From: Thermoplasmata archaeon
GTDB lineage: Archaea; Thermoplasmatota; Thermoplasmata; Lutacidiplasmatales; UBA184
Direction: 5' to 3'
Assembly (NCBI GenBank): GCA_035502015.1
Contig: DATJVA010000001.1
Coordinates: 676 to 64,675 of the forward strand
DNA: 64,000 nt
A program made the translations under genes and the position numbers. The notes below the pieces were generated by a model. It worked only from the letters and a program-made list of their open reading frames with translations. It was not told where the DNA came from and did not search any database. Of this stretch, positions 10,223 to 19,285 are shown one piece after another (positions within the stretch are counted from its first letter, which is position 1; every line of letters starts with the position of its first letter).

Positions 10223-10990
10223 ATGACCGATATCCTCCTGGGGACGAGCGGTTGGGACTACCCGGAGTGGGTCGGGCGGGTCTACCCGCCCCGGGGGGCG
10301 ACCGACCGGCTCCGGTACTATGCGGGGATGTTCTCGATCGTCGAGGTCAACTCGACGTTCTACCGTCTGCCTCCCCCTTCGGTCGCGGTGTCGTGGGTGA
10401 AGCGGACCCCGGCGGGGTTCCGGTTCGCCGCGAAGTTCCCCCAGACGATCACCCACGACCTTCGCCTCGTCCGGACCGAGGAGGAGCTCGCCCGGTTCCT
10501 CGCCGTCCTGAAACCGATTCGGGAGGCGGGCAAGTTCGCCGCGGCGCTCCTCCAGCTCCCTCCGTCCCTCCCGTTCGAACCGACGACCGTCCGGCGCTTC
10601 TACGAGTCGCTGCCCCGCGACCTCCCCGTCGCCGTCGAGTTTCGCGAGCGTTCGTGGCTGAACCCGGTGTCGGTCGCGCTCCTGCGCGAGTTCGGCCTCG
10701 CCTACGTCATCGTGGACGGCCCGCACCTACCGGTGGCGCTCGAGGTGACCGCCCCGTTCGCGTACATCCGCTGGCACGGTCACGGGAACCCACTGTGGTA
10801 CGACTACACCTACTCGCCCGCGGAGCTCTCCGCATGGGTCCCGCGCGTCCGCGCGCTCAGCGAGAACGTGGCGACCCTCTACGGGTTCTTCAACAACCAC
10901 TTCCGGGGCGACGCGGCGGTGAACTGCCGAACGCTCTCGGAGGAGCTCGGGCTCTCGCCTCCGGTCCGTCGGGGCCGGCTCGACGCGTGA
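10223..10990 (+). CDS. DUF72 family protein
   Basis: GTSGWDYPEW..., VEVNSTFY, QLPPS, AVEFR, YIRWHG, YDYTYS, FFNNH. Confidence 0.93.
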   Translation: MTDILLGTSGWDYPEWVGRVYPPRGATDRLRYYAGMFSIVEVNSTFYRLPPPSVAVSWVKRTPAGFRFAAKFPQTITHDLRLVRTEEELARFLAVLKPIREAGKFAAALLQLPPSLPFEPTTVRRFYESLPRDLPVAVEFRERSWLNPVSVALLREFGLAYVIVDGPHLPVALEVTAPFAYIRWHGHGNPLWYDYTYSPAELSAWVPRVRALSENVATLYGFFNNHFRGDAAVNCRTLSEELGLSPPVRRGRLDA

Positions 10991-11004
10991 GCGACCCGGG
11001 ACAC

Positions 11005-11928
11005 CTAGCCGGTCCCGCTCGGTCGCGCGGCGACGGGAGCGCCGGATAGCGGTGCGGCGACCGGTGTCCCGGGCACTGGCTGTGCGGCGGAGACGGTCGT
11101 GTTTCCGCAGGCGGCCGTGTTGTTGATGGTGACGCCGCTCACCGCGCCCGTCAAGGCGTTCACGGTGGCGTTGAACTGTTCACCGGTCCCGGAGGGCGTT
11201 GCGCTCAGCGCGCACGTGGTGTAGATGACGGACCATTCGGCGGGGATGCTCTGGCCGAACAGCGAAACGCTCCCGAGAAGCGCGAACTCGCCGGAGGCGT
11301 CCGGGTGGGCCGAAAGGAACGTGGCCGCGTACGTCCATACCGCAGCCGCCGCCGCCGAACTGTCGATCACGTTCCCCGGAATGGGGGTGAGCAGCTGGGC
11401 GAAGATGGCGCACTCCGTCCCCGTGATGGTGGCGAGCACCGACCCGCTGCCGTTGATCACCGAGGCGATCGCGAGCGCGTCCGTCCCGTTGCGGTAGCCG
11501 AACTCCCATGCGGAGGCGGCGCCCGAAGAACGGTTGCCGGTGTAGGGCGGCACGGTGTACGTGCTCGCACTGGTAACGATGGTGTAGGTGCAACCCGCGG
11601 AGCTCAAGTTGCCGAGGGCCGAGGTGTTCGTCGGGATCGACTCTCCCGTGGGGGTGACGAGGCCCGCGGCGAACAGCAGGGTCCAGCCCCCGCCCTGGAA
11701 TCCGGACATCGTGCGGTCGGCGACCGGTCGAGCCCCGGAGTAGGTGAGGGCTCCGCTGGCCCCGGAGCCGGACGATGTGAGGGTCGGCAGGACGACGAAC
11801 GCGACCAGAAGGACCACGACGACCACGACCGCCACCATCACGTAGAGCATCTTTCGGCCCGGGGACGCGGGGGTGGTCGGCGGGGCGGGTGGGGACGGGG
11901 ACGCCGGAGGATTGGTCGGGGTCGACAT
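11005..11928 (-). CDS. Membrane-anchored exported/surface protein, probably N-glycosylated
   Basis: Pro-rich N-terminus, RK followed by a long hydrophobic helix, then a Ser/Thr/Gly/Ala-rich ectodomain with 8 N-x-S/T sequons and 4 Cys. Confidence 0.7.
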   Translation of the reverse strand: MSTPTNPPASPSPPAPPTTPASPGRKMLYVMVAVVVVVVLLVAFVVLPTLTSSGSGASGALTYSGARPVADRTMSGFQGGGWTLLFAAGLVTPTGESIPTNTSALGNLSSAGCTYTIVTSASTYTVPPYTGNRSSGAASAWEFGYRNGTDALAIASVINGSGSVLATITGTECAIFAQLLTPIPGNVIDSSAAAAAVWTYAATFLSAHPDASGEFALLGSVSLFGQSIPAEWSVIYTTCALSATPSGTGEQFNATVNALTGAVSGVTINNTAACGNTTVSAAQPVPGTPVAAPLSGAPVAARPSGTG

Positions 11929-12004
11929 GGGCACCTTCCCGACAGAGACGCCGGAGCGGCGGGATAAGGGTTGGCATTTTCCCGAAGTTAGCGGAGGCCA
12001 CCGT

Positions 12005-12066
12005 CCCTGAAACCCCCCGTTCTCAGGGCTGTTTCAACCTCTCCCGAACCGCCGCTTTAGAGCGGC
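12005..12066. promoter_or_regulatory. Inverted repeats upstream of the RecA-like/PolB2 operon (candidate operator)
   Basis: CCCTGA(12005-10)...TCAGGG(12023-28); TGAAAC(12008-13)...GTTTCA(12031-36); GCCGCT-TTAG-AGCGGC (12051-66). Confidence 0.3.
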
Positions 12067-12099
12067 CCGGCCGATTCTCTTCTCGGTCGCTCTCGATCG

Positions 12100-12966
12100 A
12101 TGATGGCCGACGCTGTGCTCACCGAGCCCGCACCGGAGGAGCTCCTCGCGGAGGAGCGCTTCCGATTCGAGCCCCGGCCGGTCCCTGCCTCCGCTCCTCC
12201 GGCCCATCCGAGGCTCGCTCCCCATCCCCGGCGGACCCGCGCTGTCCCGCTCCTTCCGACGGAGCCGTCGCTCTTCCCGTGGCTCGCGCGCCGGTTCGCT
12301 CCGGGCGAGGCGACCGTCTGGACCGGCCCGTCGGTCGCGGTCGAGCCGGTCCTCGAGCTCCTCTACGCCGGGAACGCCCGGGCCCGGGGCCGGATCTCGC
12401 TCCTCGAGGGCGAGAACCGGTTCCATCCGTATCGCATCGGCGAGCTCGGCCGGTCGTTCGGGGTCGATGCCGCGGAGACGCTGCGCCGCATCCGCCTCGC
12501 CCGCGCGTTCACCGCCTACCAGATGGTCGCGCTCGTGGACGGGTGGGCCGCGGAGGTCCGACGCCACGCCCCGACGCTCCTGGTCGGCCACGGCATTCCC
12601 GCCCTCTTCGCGGACGCGGAGATTCCCGACGACGAACGCACCGCGCTCCTCGGCCACGTCGCTCGGACCCTCGCCGCGCTCGCCCGCGAGGTCCGCGTCC
12701 CGCTCCTGTTGACGCTCACTCCGGAGGAGTTCGCACGGTTCCGCGCGCTCGCCGACGAGGGACCTCCCTGGTCGGACCTGATCACGTTCGTCCGAGGCCC
12801 CGGGGTCCTGCGCCTGCGCGCGCTCCGGGACGACGGCCGGGTCGCCCTCGTGCCCCGTCCGCCCGGCCAGACCGGCATGGAACAGTTCGGCGGAGAGTTC
12901 GCCGAGGAGGTGATCGCGTGGGACGTACCGCACCGACCTACCGCCAGGCGCTCGAGGAGCGGATGA
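12100..12966 (+). CDS. Inactive RecA/RadA-fold protein associated with PolB2
   Basis: EGENRFHPYRI...LRRIRLARAFTAYQM resembles RadA core segments; Walker A position reads TGPSVAVE (no GK[T/S]); Walker B position LLVGHG lacks Asp. Confidence 0.75.
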   Translation: MMADAVLTEPAPEELLAEERFRFEPRPVPASAPPAHPRLAPHPRRTRAVPLLPTEPSLFPWLARRFAPGEATVWTGPSVAVEPVLELLYAGNARARGRISLLEGENRFHPYRIGELGRSFGVDAAETLRRIRLARAFTAYQMVALVDGWAAEVRRHAPTLLVGHGIPALFADAEIPDDERTALLGHVARTLAALAREVRVPLLLTLTPEEFARFRALADEGPPWSDLITFVRGPGVLRLRALRDDGRVALVPRPPGQTGMEQFGGEFAEEVIAWDVPHRPTARRSRSG

Positions 12967-13172
12967 AGCGCTGGGACGAGTTCGCGCGACTCCTCACGAG
13001 CCCCGAGGAGCGGGAGGCGTTCGAGATGGTCCGGACCGGCGCCCGCCGCTACGTCGCGCAGGCGACGTACGTCGGGAGCCCGGACCTCCTAGAGTCGATC
13101 CTCCTCTCCGTCCTCACCGACCTCGCGGTCCGGGTCCGGGCCGAGGCTTCGACGCCGGACGAACATCGCTGA
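12918..13172 (+). CDS. Small helical protein typically encoded next to PolB2 (arCOG07300-like)
   Basis: GTG at 12918 after GAGGAGGTGA; MGRTAPTYRQALEERMKRWDEFARLL...EREAFE...ARRY...PDLLESILLSVL; ends 2 nt before polB2. Confidence 0.75.
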   Translation: MGRTAPTYRQALEERMKRWDEFARLLTSPEEREAFEMVRTGARRYVAQATYVGSPDLLESILLSVLTDLAVRVRAEASTPDEHR

Positions 13173-13174
13173 CG

Positions 13175-15520
13175 ATGGCGGCGTCCCCGGCCGCGACGGC
13201 GGTTGCACCGGACGGCTGGCTCCTCGACATCACGGAGAGCGACGACGGTCGGTCGGTCGTCCTCTGGACGAAGGAGCGGCGGAGCGGCCGCGTTCGGAGG
13301 AGCGCGGTCGAGTACCGGCCCCCGTTCCTCGTCTCGGGTACGCGGAACGACCTCGCGCTCCTCGCCCGGCGATTGACCGACCACCCCGACGTCGAGTCGG
13401 TCGCGCTCGGTTCGGGCCGCCCGTCGCTCTACGACCGGCGGAACCGCCCCGTCCTGTCGGTCGTCCCGGCCCGCAACCCGGCCCGCCGCACGCTCGCGCG
13501 AAGCGTCGATGCGCTCGGCGGCTACGAGCGGTTCTCGCTCTACGACGTCGACCTCGGGCCACCGCAGCTCTACCACCTCGCCCATGCCCTCTACCCGTTC
13601 GCGCCCGTGGTCGGGCGGGCACCCGCGCTCCGCGCGACCGAGCCGCCCGAGACGATCGACTACGCGTCCCCGCCGTTGCGCGTCGCCCCGCTCGAGGTGC
13701 ACCTCGCCGGGGAGCGGAGAGGTCGCATTCCGCCTCCGGACGCGCGGCTCGGCGCGGTGCGGCTCGACGACGTGACGATCGACGGGCCGGAGGAGGACGT
13801 CCTGCGCGCGCTCGTCGACGCGCTCGCGCGCACCGACCCGGACGTCCTCCTTACGGAGGGCGGTGACGCGTTCGACCTTCCCTGGCTGTACCGCCGCGCG
13901 GCCGCCTGCGGGCTCTCGCCCGCGGAGTTCACCCTGGGGCGCGAGCGCGTGAGGTTCCGGCCGACCCGACCGGCCCGTTCGTTCGAGTCGTACGGACGGG
14001 TCCTCCACCGGGACGCCTACTATCCGCTGCCCGGCCGGTTCCACGTCGACCGGGAGAACTCGTTCCTCTACCGCGACGCCGAGATCGCCGGGCTCGTTGA
14101 CGCCGCCCGGCTCTCCCGCCTCTCGCTCACGACGGTCGTGCGCCAATCGCCGGGGACCTGCTTCACCGCGATGGAGATGGCCCATGCGCTCGAGCTCGGG
14201 GCGCACGTCCCCTGGAAGAAGAACCGGCCCGAAGGGTTCCGGCGGGCGGACCGGCTCGTCGCCGCCGACCGCGGCGGGGTGATCTTCCTCCCGCCGGTCG
14301 GGGTGCACGACCACGTCGACGAGTTCGATTTCGCGAGCCTCTACCCGCACATCATGGTCACGAAGAACCTCTCCGCGGAGACGCTCGAGTGCCGATGCTG
14401 TCCGGAAAGCCCGCTCCGCGCGCCCGGCCTCGGCTACCGCTCCTGCACGCGGCGCACCGGCCTCATTCCCCGTACCCTCGCGCCGCTCCTCGAGCGTCGC
14501 TTGGCCTACAAGGCGGCGCTCAAACGGCCGGGGGTCGAGCCGGAGGAAGCGGTCCGCCTGAAGCGGCGGGTCAAGATGCTCAAGTGGATCCTCGTCACCG
14601 CGTTCGGCTACCAGGGATACCGGAACGCCCGGTTCGGGCGGATCGAATGCCACGAGGCGATCAACGCCTACGCACGCGACCTATTGGCCCGGCTCCTCCC
14701 GGAGGCGGAGCGGGCCGGCTACTCGGTCCTCCACGGGATCGTCGATTCCCTCTGGCTGCGCCCGAACGACGTCGCGCACCCGCCGGACCCGGAGGCGTTC
14801 GCGCGCAGGATGAGCGAGAAGGTCGGGATGCCGCTCGGCTACGAGGGGCGGTACCGCTGGATCGTCTTTCTGCCGGCGGTGACCCACGGGCTCGGTGTCC
14901 CGAACCGCTACTACGGCTACTACGAGCACGGCGAGTTCAAGCTGCGCGGGATCGGCGCCCGACGGCACGACACGACCGGGCTCGTCCGCCGGTTCGAGGC
15001 GGAGGTGCTCGCGCTCCTGAGGACCGCCCGGGACGCGAACGGGGTCCGCGCGCTCGTGCCGCGCGTGCTGGCCCGCGCCGACCTGTTCGCCCGAGAGGTC
15101 CGCGTCGGGTCGTGGCCCGTCGACGAGCTCCTCATCGCCCACCGGATCGGCCAGGCACCCGAGGCGTTCGTCACGTTCACCGACTCGGTCGCGGCGTTGC
15201 GGCAGCTCCGCGAGGCGGGGGCGGAGCGGGGGCCGGGCGAGGTGGTGCGGTTCGTCATCCTCGACCGGCGGAGCCGATCGTTCCGTGACCGGGTACGACC
15301 GGGCGAGCTCCTCGAGGGGAACGAACGGTACGATACCGGTGCGTACCTCGAGATCCTCGCCCGCTCCGCGGAGACCCTGCTCGCTCCGCTGGGGGTCGAC
15401 CGCGAGCAGCTCCGTGCGCGCTGGGGGATCGCGCCCGCCCCCGAGCGGGAGGAGTACCACTCTCCGGAGGAGCTCCACCAGTCGCGACTGGAACCGGCCG
15501 CGCCCGACGTGAGATATTAA
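13175..15520 (+). CDS. polB2: Family B DNA polymerase, archaeal PolB2 group
   Basis: Motif A FDFASLYPHIM; motif B KWILVTAFGYQG; motif C altered to HGIVDSLW (versus YGDTDS); exonuclease motifs eroded. Confidence 0.9.
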   Translation: MAASPAATAVAPDGWLLDITESDDGRSVVLWTKERRSGRVRRSAVEYRPPFLVSGTRNDLALLARRLTDHPDVESVALGSGRPSLYDRRNRPVLSVVPARNPARRTLARSVDALGGYERFSLYDVDLGPPQLYHLAHALYPFAPVVGRAPALRATEPPETIDYASPPLRVAPLEVHLAGERRGRIPPPDARLGAVRLDDVTIDGPEEDVLRALVDALARTDPDVLLTEGGDAFDLPWLYRRAAACGLSPAEFTLGRERVRFRPTRPARSFESYGRVLHRDAYYPLPGRFHVDRENSFLYRDAEIAGLVDAARLSRLSLTTVVRQSPGTCFTAMEMAHALELGAHVPWKKNRPEGFRRADRLVAADRGGVIFLPPVGVHDHVDEFDFASLYPHIMVTKNLSAETLECRCCPESPLRAPGLGYRSCTRRTGLIPRTLAPLLERRLAYKAALKRPGVEPEEAVRLKRRVKMLKWILVTAFGYQGYRNARFGRIECHEAINAYARDLLARLLPEAERAGYSVLHGIVDSLWLRPNDVAHPPDPEAFARRMSEKVGMPLGYEGRYRWIVFLPAVTHGLGVPNRYYGYYEHGEFKLRGIGARRHDTTGLVRRFEAEVLALLRTARDANGVRALVPRVLARADLFAREVRVGSWPVDELLIAHRIGQAPEAFVTFTDSVAALRQLREAGAERGPGEVVRFVILDRRSRSFRDRVRPGELLEGNERYDTGAYLEILARSAETLLAPLGVDREQLRARWGIAPAPEREEYHSPEELHQSRLEPAAPDVRY

Positions 15521-15542
15521 CCCCCGAATCGGTGGACGGTCG

Positions 15543-17039
15543 GTGGTCGACCACTCGCGCCGTCGCTCCCGCAAGGGTCCCGCCCGCCGGACCCCACCGC
15601 CCGCGGCCGGCTCTCCGTCGGCATCGGCCCGGGCCGCGGCGATCCGGGAGAGCGTCCAGGACGGCGCCATCGAGGACATCGGCCCGGTCCTGTTCGCGCT
15701 CAACGACCCGGTCCCCGGGGTCCGGGAGACGGCGGCGGTCGCGCTCGGTCGGCTCAAGGACCCGCGCGGATGCACAACGCTCGCGATCGCTCTCGCCGAC
15801 CCGGACGCGCGGGTGAGGGCGGCGGTGGTCGAGGCGCTCGGCGGGATCGGCCGGGCCGAGAGCCGGGAAGCGCTCGAACGCGCGCTCGACGACCCGGAGG
15901 CCGACGTGCGGGCGAAGGCGGTGTTCGCGCTCCTCGGGCTCGGGGACGCGCGGTCGAGGCCCGCGCTCGACCGTCGGGTCGATGACTCCGCGCCGGCGGT
16001 GCGGCGCGCGGTCGCCGCCGCGCTCGGCCGTATCGACCCGGATGCGTCGTTCCCCTCGCTCGAGCGTCTACTTGCCGACCCGATCGACCGGGTGCGGCGC
16101 GAGGCGGTGCTCTCGGTCGGTCGGTCGTCGGACCCGAGCCGGCTGGCCATCGTCCGCCGGTACCTGGGGGACCCGGCACGCCGGGTGCGCGTCGCGGCAG
16201 CCGTCGTGGTCGGGCGCCACCGCGACCGAGACAGCGTCGCATCGCTGCTCGCACTCCTTTCGACCCCCGAGACCTGGGAGAAGCCGGCGGTGCTCGTCGC
16301 GCTCGGCCGGATCGGGGACCCGTCCGCGGTACCGGCGCTCATCGAATGGGCCGAGCATCCGTCGCACTGGATCCGGGTCTGCGCGGTCCACGCGCTCGGC
16401 GACATGGGAGGGCCCGAGGCCCGGTCGGTCGCTCTCGCCCACCTCCACGACCCGTACTGGTCGGTCCGCGGCGCCGCCGCGGTCGCGCTCGGGACAGTCG
16501 GACGGCCGGACGACCTCTCCCCGCTCCTTTCGCTCCTGAAGGACGACCATCCGTGGGCCCGACGCGGGGCGATCTACGCCCTCGGGTCGCTCGGGCTCGC
16601 CGAGGCGGCCCCCCGGCTGCGCGAAGAGCTCCTGGACGCCGCCGCGGAGGTGCGCCTCGCGGCGGTGTGGGCGCTCGGGCGTCTCCAGGACGACGGGGCC
16701 CGCGACGACCTCATCCGCCTCCTCTACCAGACCCGGTCCGCACCAATCCGCCCCGCGCCGTCCGGCGCCGCCGAGGCGGAGGAGCGACTGGCCTCCGACG
16801 CGGAGAGCCGCCTCTTCGACGCCGTCGTCCAGGCGCTCGGCCGTCTTTCCCACGGCCTTCCCGACCCGCTCATCCATCGCTCGCTCGTGGACGCCCTCGG
16901 CCGGCTGAGCGATGAGGACCTCGACCGTCTCGCCCGCCTCCCGCTGCCCGAGGTCCGGTCCGACCAGCCGGCGCCGACGCTGCGCGCGCTGTTCGAGACC
17001 GCGCTCCCGTCCACCGCCGACGACGAGGACAGCTCGTAA
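15543..17039 (+). CDS. HEAT/PBS-lyase repeat protein
   Basis: More than 10 repeats of L.D....VR..A..ALG.LG. Confidence 0.9.
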   Translation: MVDHSRRRSRKGPARRTPPPAAGSPSASARAAAIRESVQDGAIEDIGPVLFALNDPVPGVRETAAVALGRLKDPRGCTTLAIALADPDARVRAAVVEALGGIGRAESREALERALDDPEADVRAKAVFALLGLGDARSRPALDRRVDDSAPAVRRAVAAALGRIDPDASFPSLERLLADPIDRVRREAVLSVGRSSDPSRLAIVRRYLGDPARRVRVAAAVVVGRHRDRDSVASLLALLSTPETWEKPAVLVALGRIGDPSAVPALIEWAEHPSHWIRVCAVHALGDMGGPEARSVALAHLHDPYWSVRGAAAVALGTVGRPDDLSPLLSLLKDDHPWARRGAIYALGSLGLAEAAPRLREELLDAAAEVRLAAVWALGRLQDDGARDDLIRLLYQTRSAPIRPAPSGAAEAEERLASDAESRLFDAVVQALGRLSHGLPDPLIHRSLVDALGRLSDEDLDRLARLPLPEVRSDQPAPTLRALFETALPSTADDEDSS

Positions 17040-17977
17040 TGCTGCGGGACCTTCGGCGGGCGGACGGTCCACCGTTCCTCGCGCTGATGGACCGCGGGTT
17101 TCCCGAGGAGTCCGCGCTGCTCGGCAACCGGCCCGAGGAGTTCGAGAAGATCTTCCGGCGCATCTTCCGCTGGGACACCCGTCTTCTCCTCGGCCTGATG
17201 GGCCTGTTCGGCCGGCCGATCGTTCGGGCGCTGGTCGTGGAGGCGGACGGCCACGTCGTGGCGACGACGCTCATCACGTTCCCTCCGGGCTCGGCGTACA
17301 TCAGCAACGTCACGGTCGACCCGGACCACCGCCGTCGAGGGTACGCCCGCGCGATGCTCGAGGAGGCCCGCCGCACGGCGCGCCGGAGGAAGCTCAGGTT
17401 CCTCGTGCTCGACGTACTCGAGCACAACACGGGGGCGCGGGCGCTCTACGACTCGCTCGGATACCAGCCGCTTCGCGCCCGCGTGCAACTGGTCCAGGAT
17501 GCGACGGCGAAGCTCAGCACGGCCCGACCGTCCAGTTCGTCGATCCGCCCGATGCGTCGGTCGGACATCCCGACGCTCGTGGAGATCGCCCGACGGCAGA
17601 GCCCCTCGGCGGTCGAGAAGGTGCTGCCGACGGGGCCGGACCGTTTTCTGGCGAGTGGCGTCGCGAACCGCATGCTGGCGTCCGAGGAGGCCTCCTGGGT
17701 CGTCGACCGGGGGCAGGGGCCCGAGGCGCACGTCGCCGCCACCGTGTCGGAGGCGATGGAGGCGGCGCACCTTACCGCGCCCACCCTCTCCGATTCGGTC
17801 GACGACCGCCTCGCGATCGAGCTCGTCTCGACAGCGGGGGCCTGGTGCGCGACCCGCAGGTCGCCGAGGATCCTGAGCATGGTCGCCGTCGACAATCCCC
17901 GGGGACGCGCCGCCCTTGAGGCGACGGGATTCCACGATGCCGTCTCGCTCTGGACGCTCTATCGGTCGGTCGACTGA
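17039..17977 (+). CDS. GNAT family N-acetyltransferase (two-domain)
   Basis: VTVDPDHRRRGYARAML acetyl-CoA motif; N..ARALYDSLGY; a second degenerate GNAT half; TAATG overlap with the HEAT gene. Confidence 0.85.
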   Translation: MLRDLRRADGPPFLALMDRGFPEESALLGNRPEEFEKIFRRIFRWDTRLLLGLMGLFGRPIVRALVVEADGHVVATTLITFPPGSAYISNVTVDPDHRRRGYARAMLEEARRTARRRKLRFLVLDVLEHNTGARALYDSLGYQPLRARVQLVQDATAKLSTARPSSSSIRPMRRSDIPTLVEIARRQSPSAVEKVLPTGPDRFLASGVANRMLASEEASWVVDRGQGPEAHVAATVSEAMEAAHLTAPTLSDSVDDRLAIELVSTAGAWCATRRSPRILSMVAVDNPRGRAALEATGFHDAVSLWTLYRSVD

Positions 17978-19256
17978 CCGCCCCGCGACCCGGGGCGGTG
18001 TCGCCGTCTACCTCTTTCCCGCTGTGGTGGGTGGAGGGCTCGGGGACATCGAAGAGGTGCTCGCGGCTGGCCGATACCTCGCGCGCGCCGGGTTCCCTCT
18101 CTACCTCTATCGCGCGAAGGGTCGCCCTCTCCCGCCGCACGTGGCCGGTCCGTGGGAGTGGCCGCCGGTCGAGCGGTGTCGAACGCTCCGCCCCCGCGCC
18201 GGGTCGGCGCTCACGGTCTCGCCGTCGTGGGGAGTGAGCTCGGCGCCGAGCCGACCCGCCCGCTTCGGGCGCGGAGGCCCGTGGGAGGTGGAGTGCCGGG
18301 AGGTGGAGGCCGCCTACGGTTCGGAGCGGACGCTCCATATCAGTCTCGAGGAGTTCGCCCGCACGCTGCCGAGCCGGGCCGAGACGCGGGAGCGGTTTCG
18401 GGAAGGCGGGGTACCCGCGCGGGCGATCGGTCCGCGCCTCCGGGTCGCGGAGGCGGCCAAGGAGGTCGAAGCGTTCCGCAGGGCGTACCGGGAGTTCCGC
18501 GGGCTCGACCGACCGAACGTCCTCCACCTGTTCGCGACGTTCCGGCCCGACCGCGCGTTCGCTCGGGAGTTCCCCGAGGCCGTTCAGGTGGGACCTCTCG
18601 GCTCCGGCCACCCCGGTCGGGTCGCGGCGCAGGGCACCTCCCGGGAGTGGGTCTGGTACGCGAGCCCGGCGAGCGCGGAGCGGATCGCCCCGCAGGTCGT
18701 TGCGGGGCTCGCCGGCGCGAAGCCACCGGTACGATTGTTCGTTCGGTCCCCGCGGGCATGGCCGGGGATCGCGGGCGAGACCGGAGTCCAGGTCGTCACT
18801 TCGCCGATCCCACCGAACACGTGGCGCCCCCGTTTCCGGCGCGCCGAGCTGCGCATCGTCACGGGCAGTCGGACCCTGATCGAGGCGATGGAGGTCGGTG
18901 GACCGTTCCTCTACTTCAACGGGGTCCTGGGCCGAGGGTCCGGTCGACGGAGGCACCGTCCCGAGAAGTTCCGGGCCTGGGTCGCCCTCGCGAAGGATGC
19001 CGGAGCATCGCCCGCGCTGCTCCGGGACCTCTCCGACTTCGCCCGGGGTCGACGGGTCACCGAGGTCGTCCGCCGCGCCGCCGCCTCCTCCGACGGCTGG
19101 GCCCGGTTCCCGCCGGACCTGGGGCCGGTCGGGTTCCCTCCCGAGCGGCGGGACGCCGGCACGGTGGTGACGGCCGTGGCCAGGGAACTCGCTCGTCCCG
19201 CATCTCGGGCCGCCGAGGTCGTCGCTCGATGGCGTGCCTCGCATCCGTATCCTTAA
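17937..19256 (+). CDS. Hypothetical protein with GT-B glycosyltransferase-like motifs
   Basis: N-terminal VVGGGLGDIEEV loop; C-terminal AELRIVTGSRTLIEAMEVGGPFL resembles the GT-B nucleotide-sugar-binding motif; start uncertain. Confidence 0.5.
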   Translation: MPSRSGRSIGRSTDRPATRGGVAVYLFPAVVGGGLGDIEEVLAAGRYLARAGFPLYLYRAKGRPLPPHVAGPWEWPPVERCRTLRPRAGSALTVSPSWGVSSAPSRPARFGRGGPWEVECREVEAAYGSERTLHISLEEFARTLPSRAETRERFREGGVPARAIGPRLRVAEAAKEVEAFRRAYREFRGLDRPNVLHLFATFRPDRAFAREFPEAVQVGPLGSGHPGRVAAQGTSREWVWYASPASAERIAPQVVAGLAGAKPPVRLFVRSPRAWPGIAGETGVQVVTSPIPPNTWRPRFRRAELRIVTGSRTLIEAMEVGGPFLYFNGVLGRGSGRRRHRPEKFRAWVALAKDAGASPALLRDLSDFARGRRVTEVVRRAAASSDGWARFPPDLGPVGFPPERRDAGTVVTAVARELARPASRAAEVVARWRASHPYP

Positions 19257-19285
19257 TCGGTCCGTCCCTCTCCTAGCGACGTCCC

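Noticed and set aside
13175..15520. Replicative PolB or a pseudogene
   Set aside because: The ORF is intact, and the altered motif C and missing exonuclease residues are characteristic of the PolB2 group
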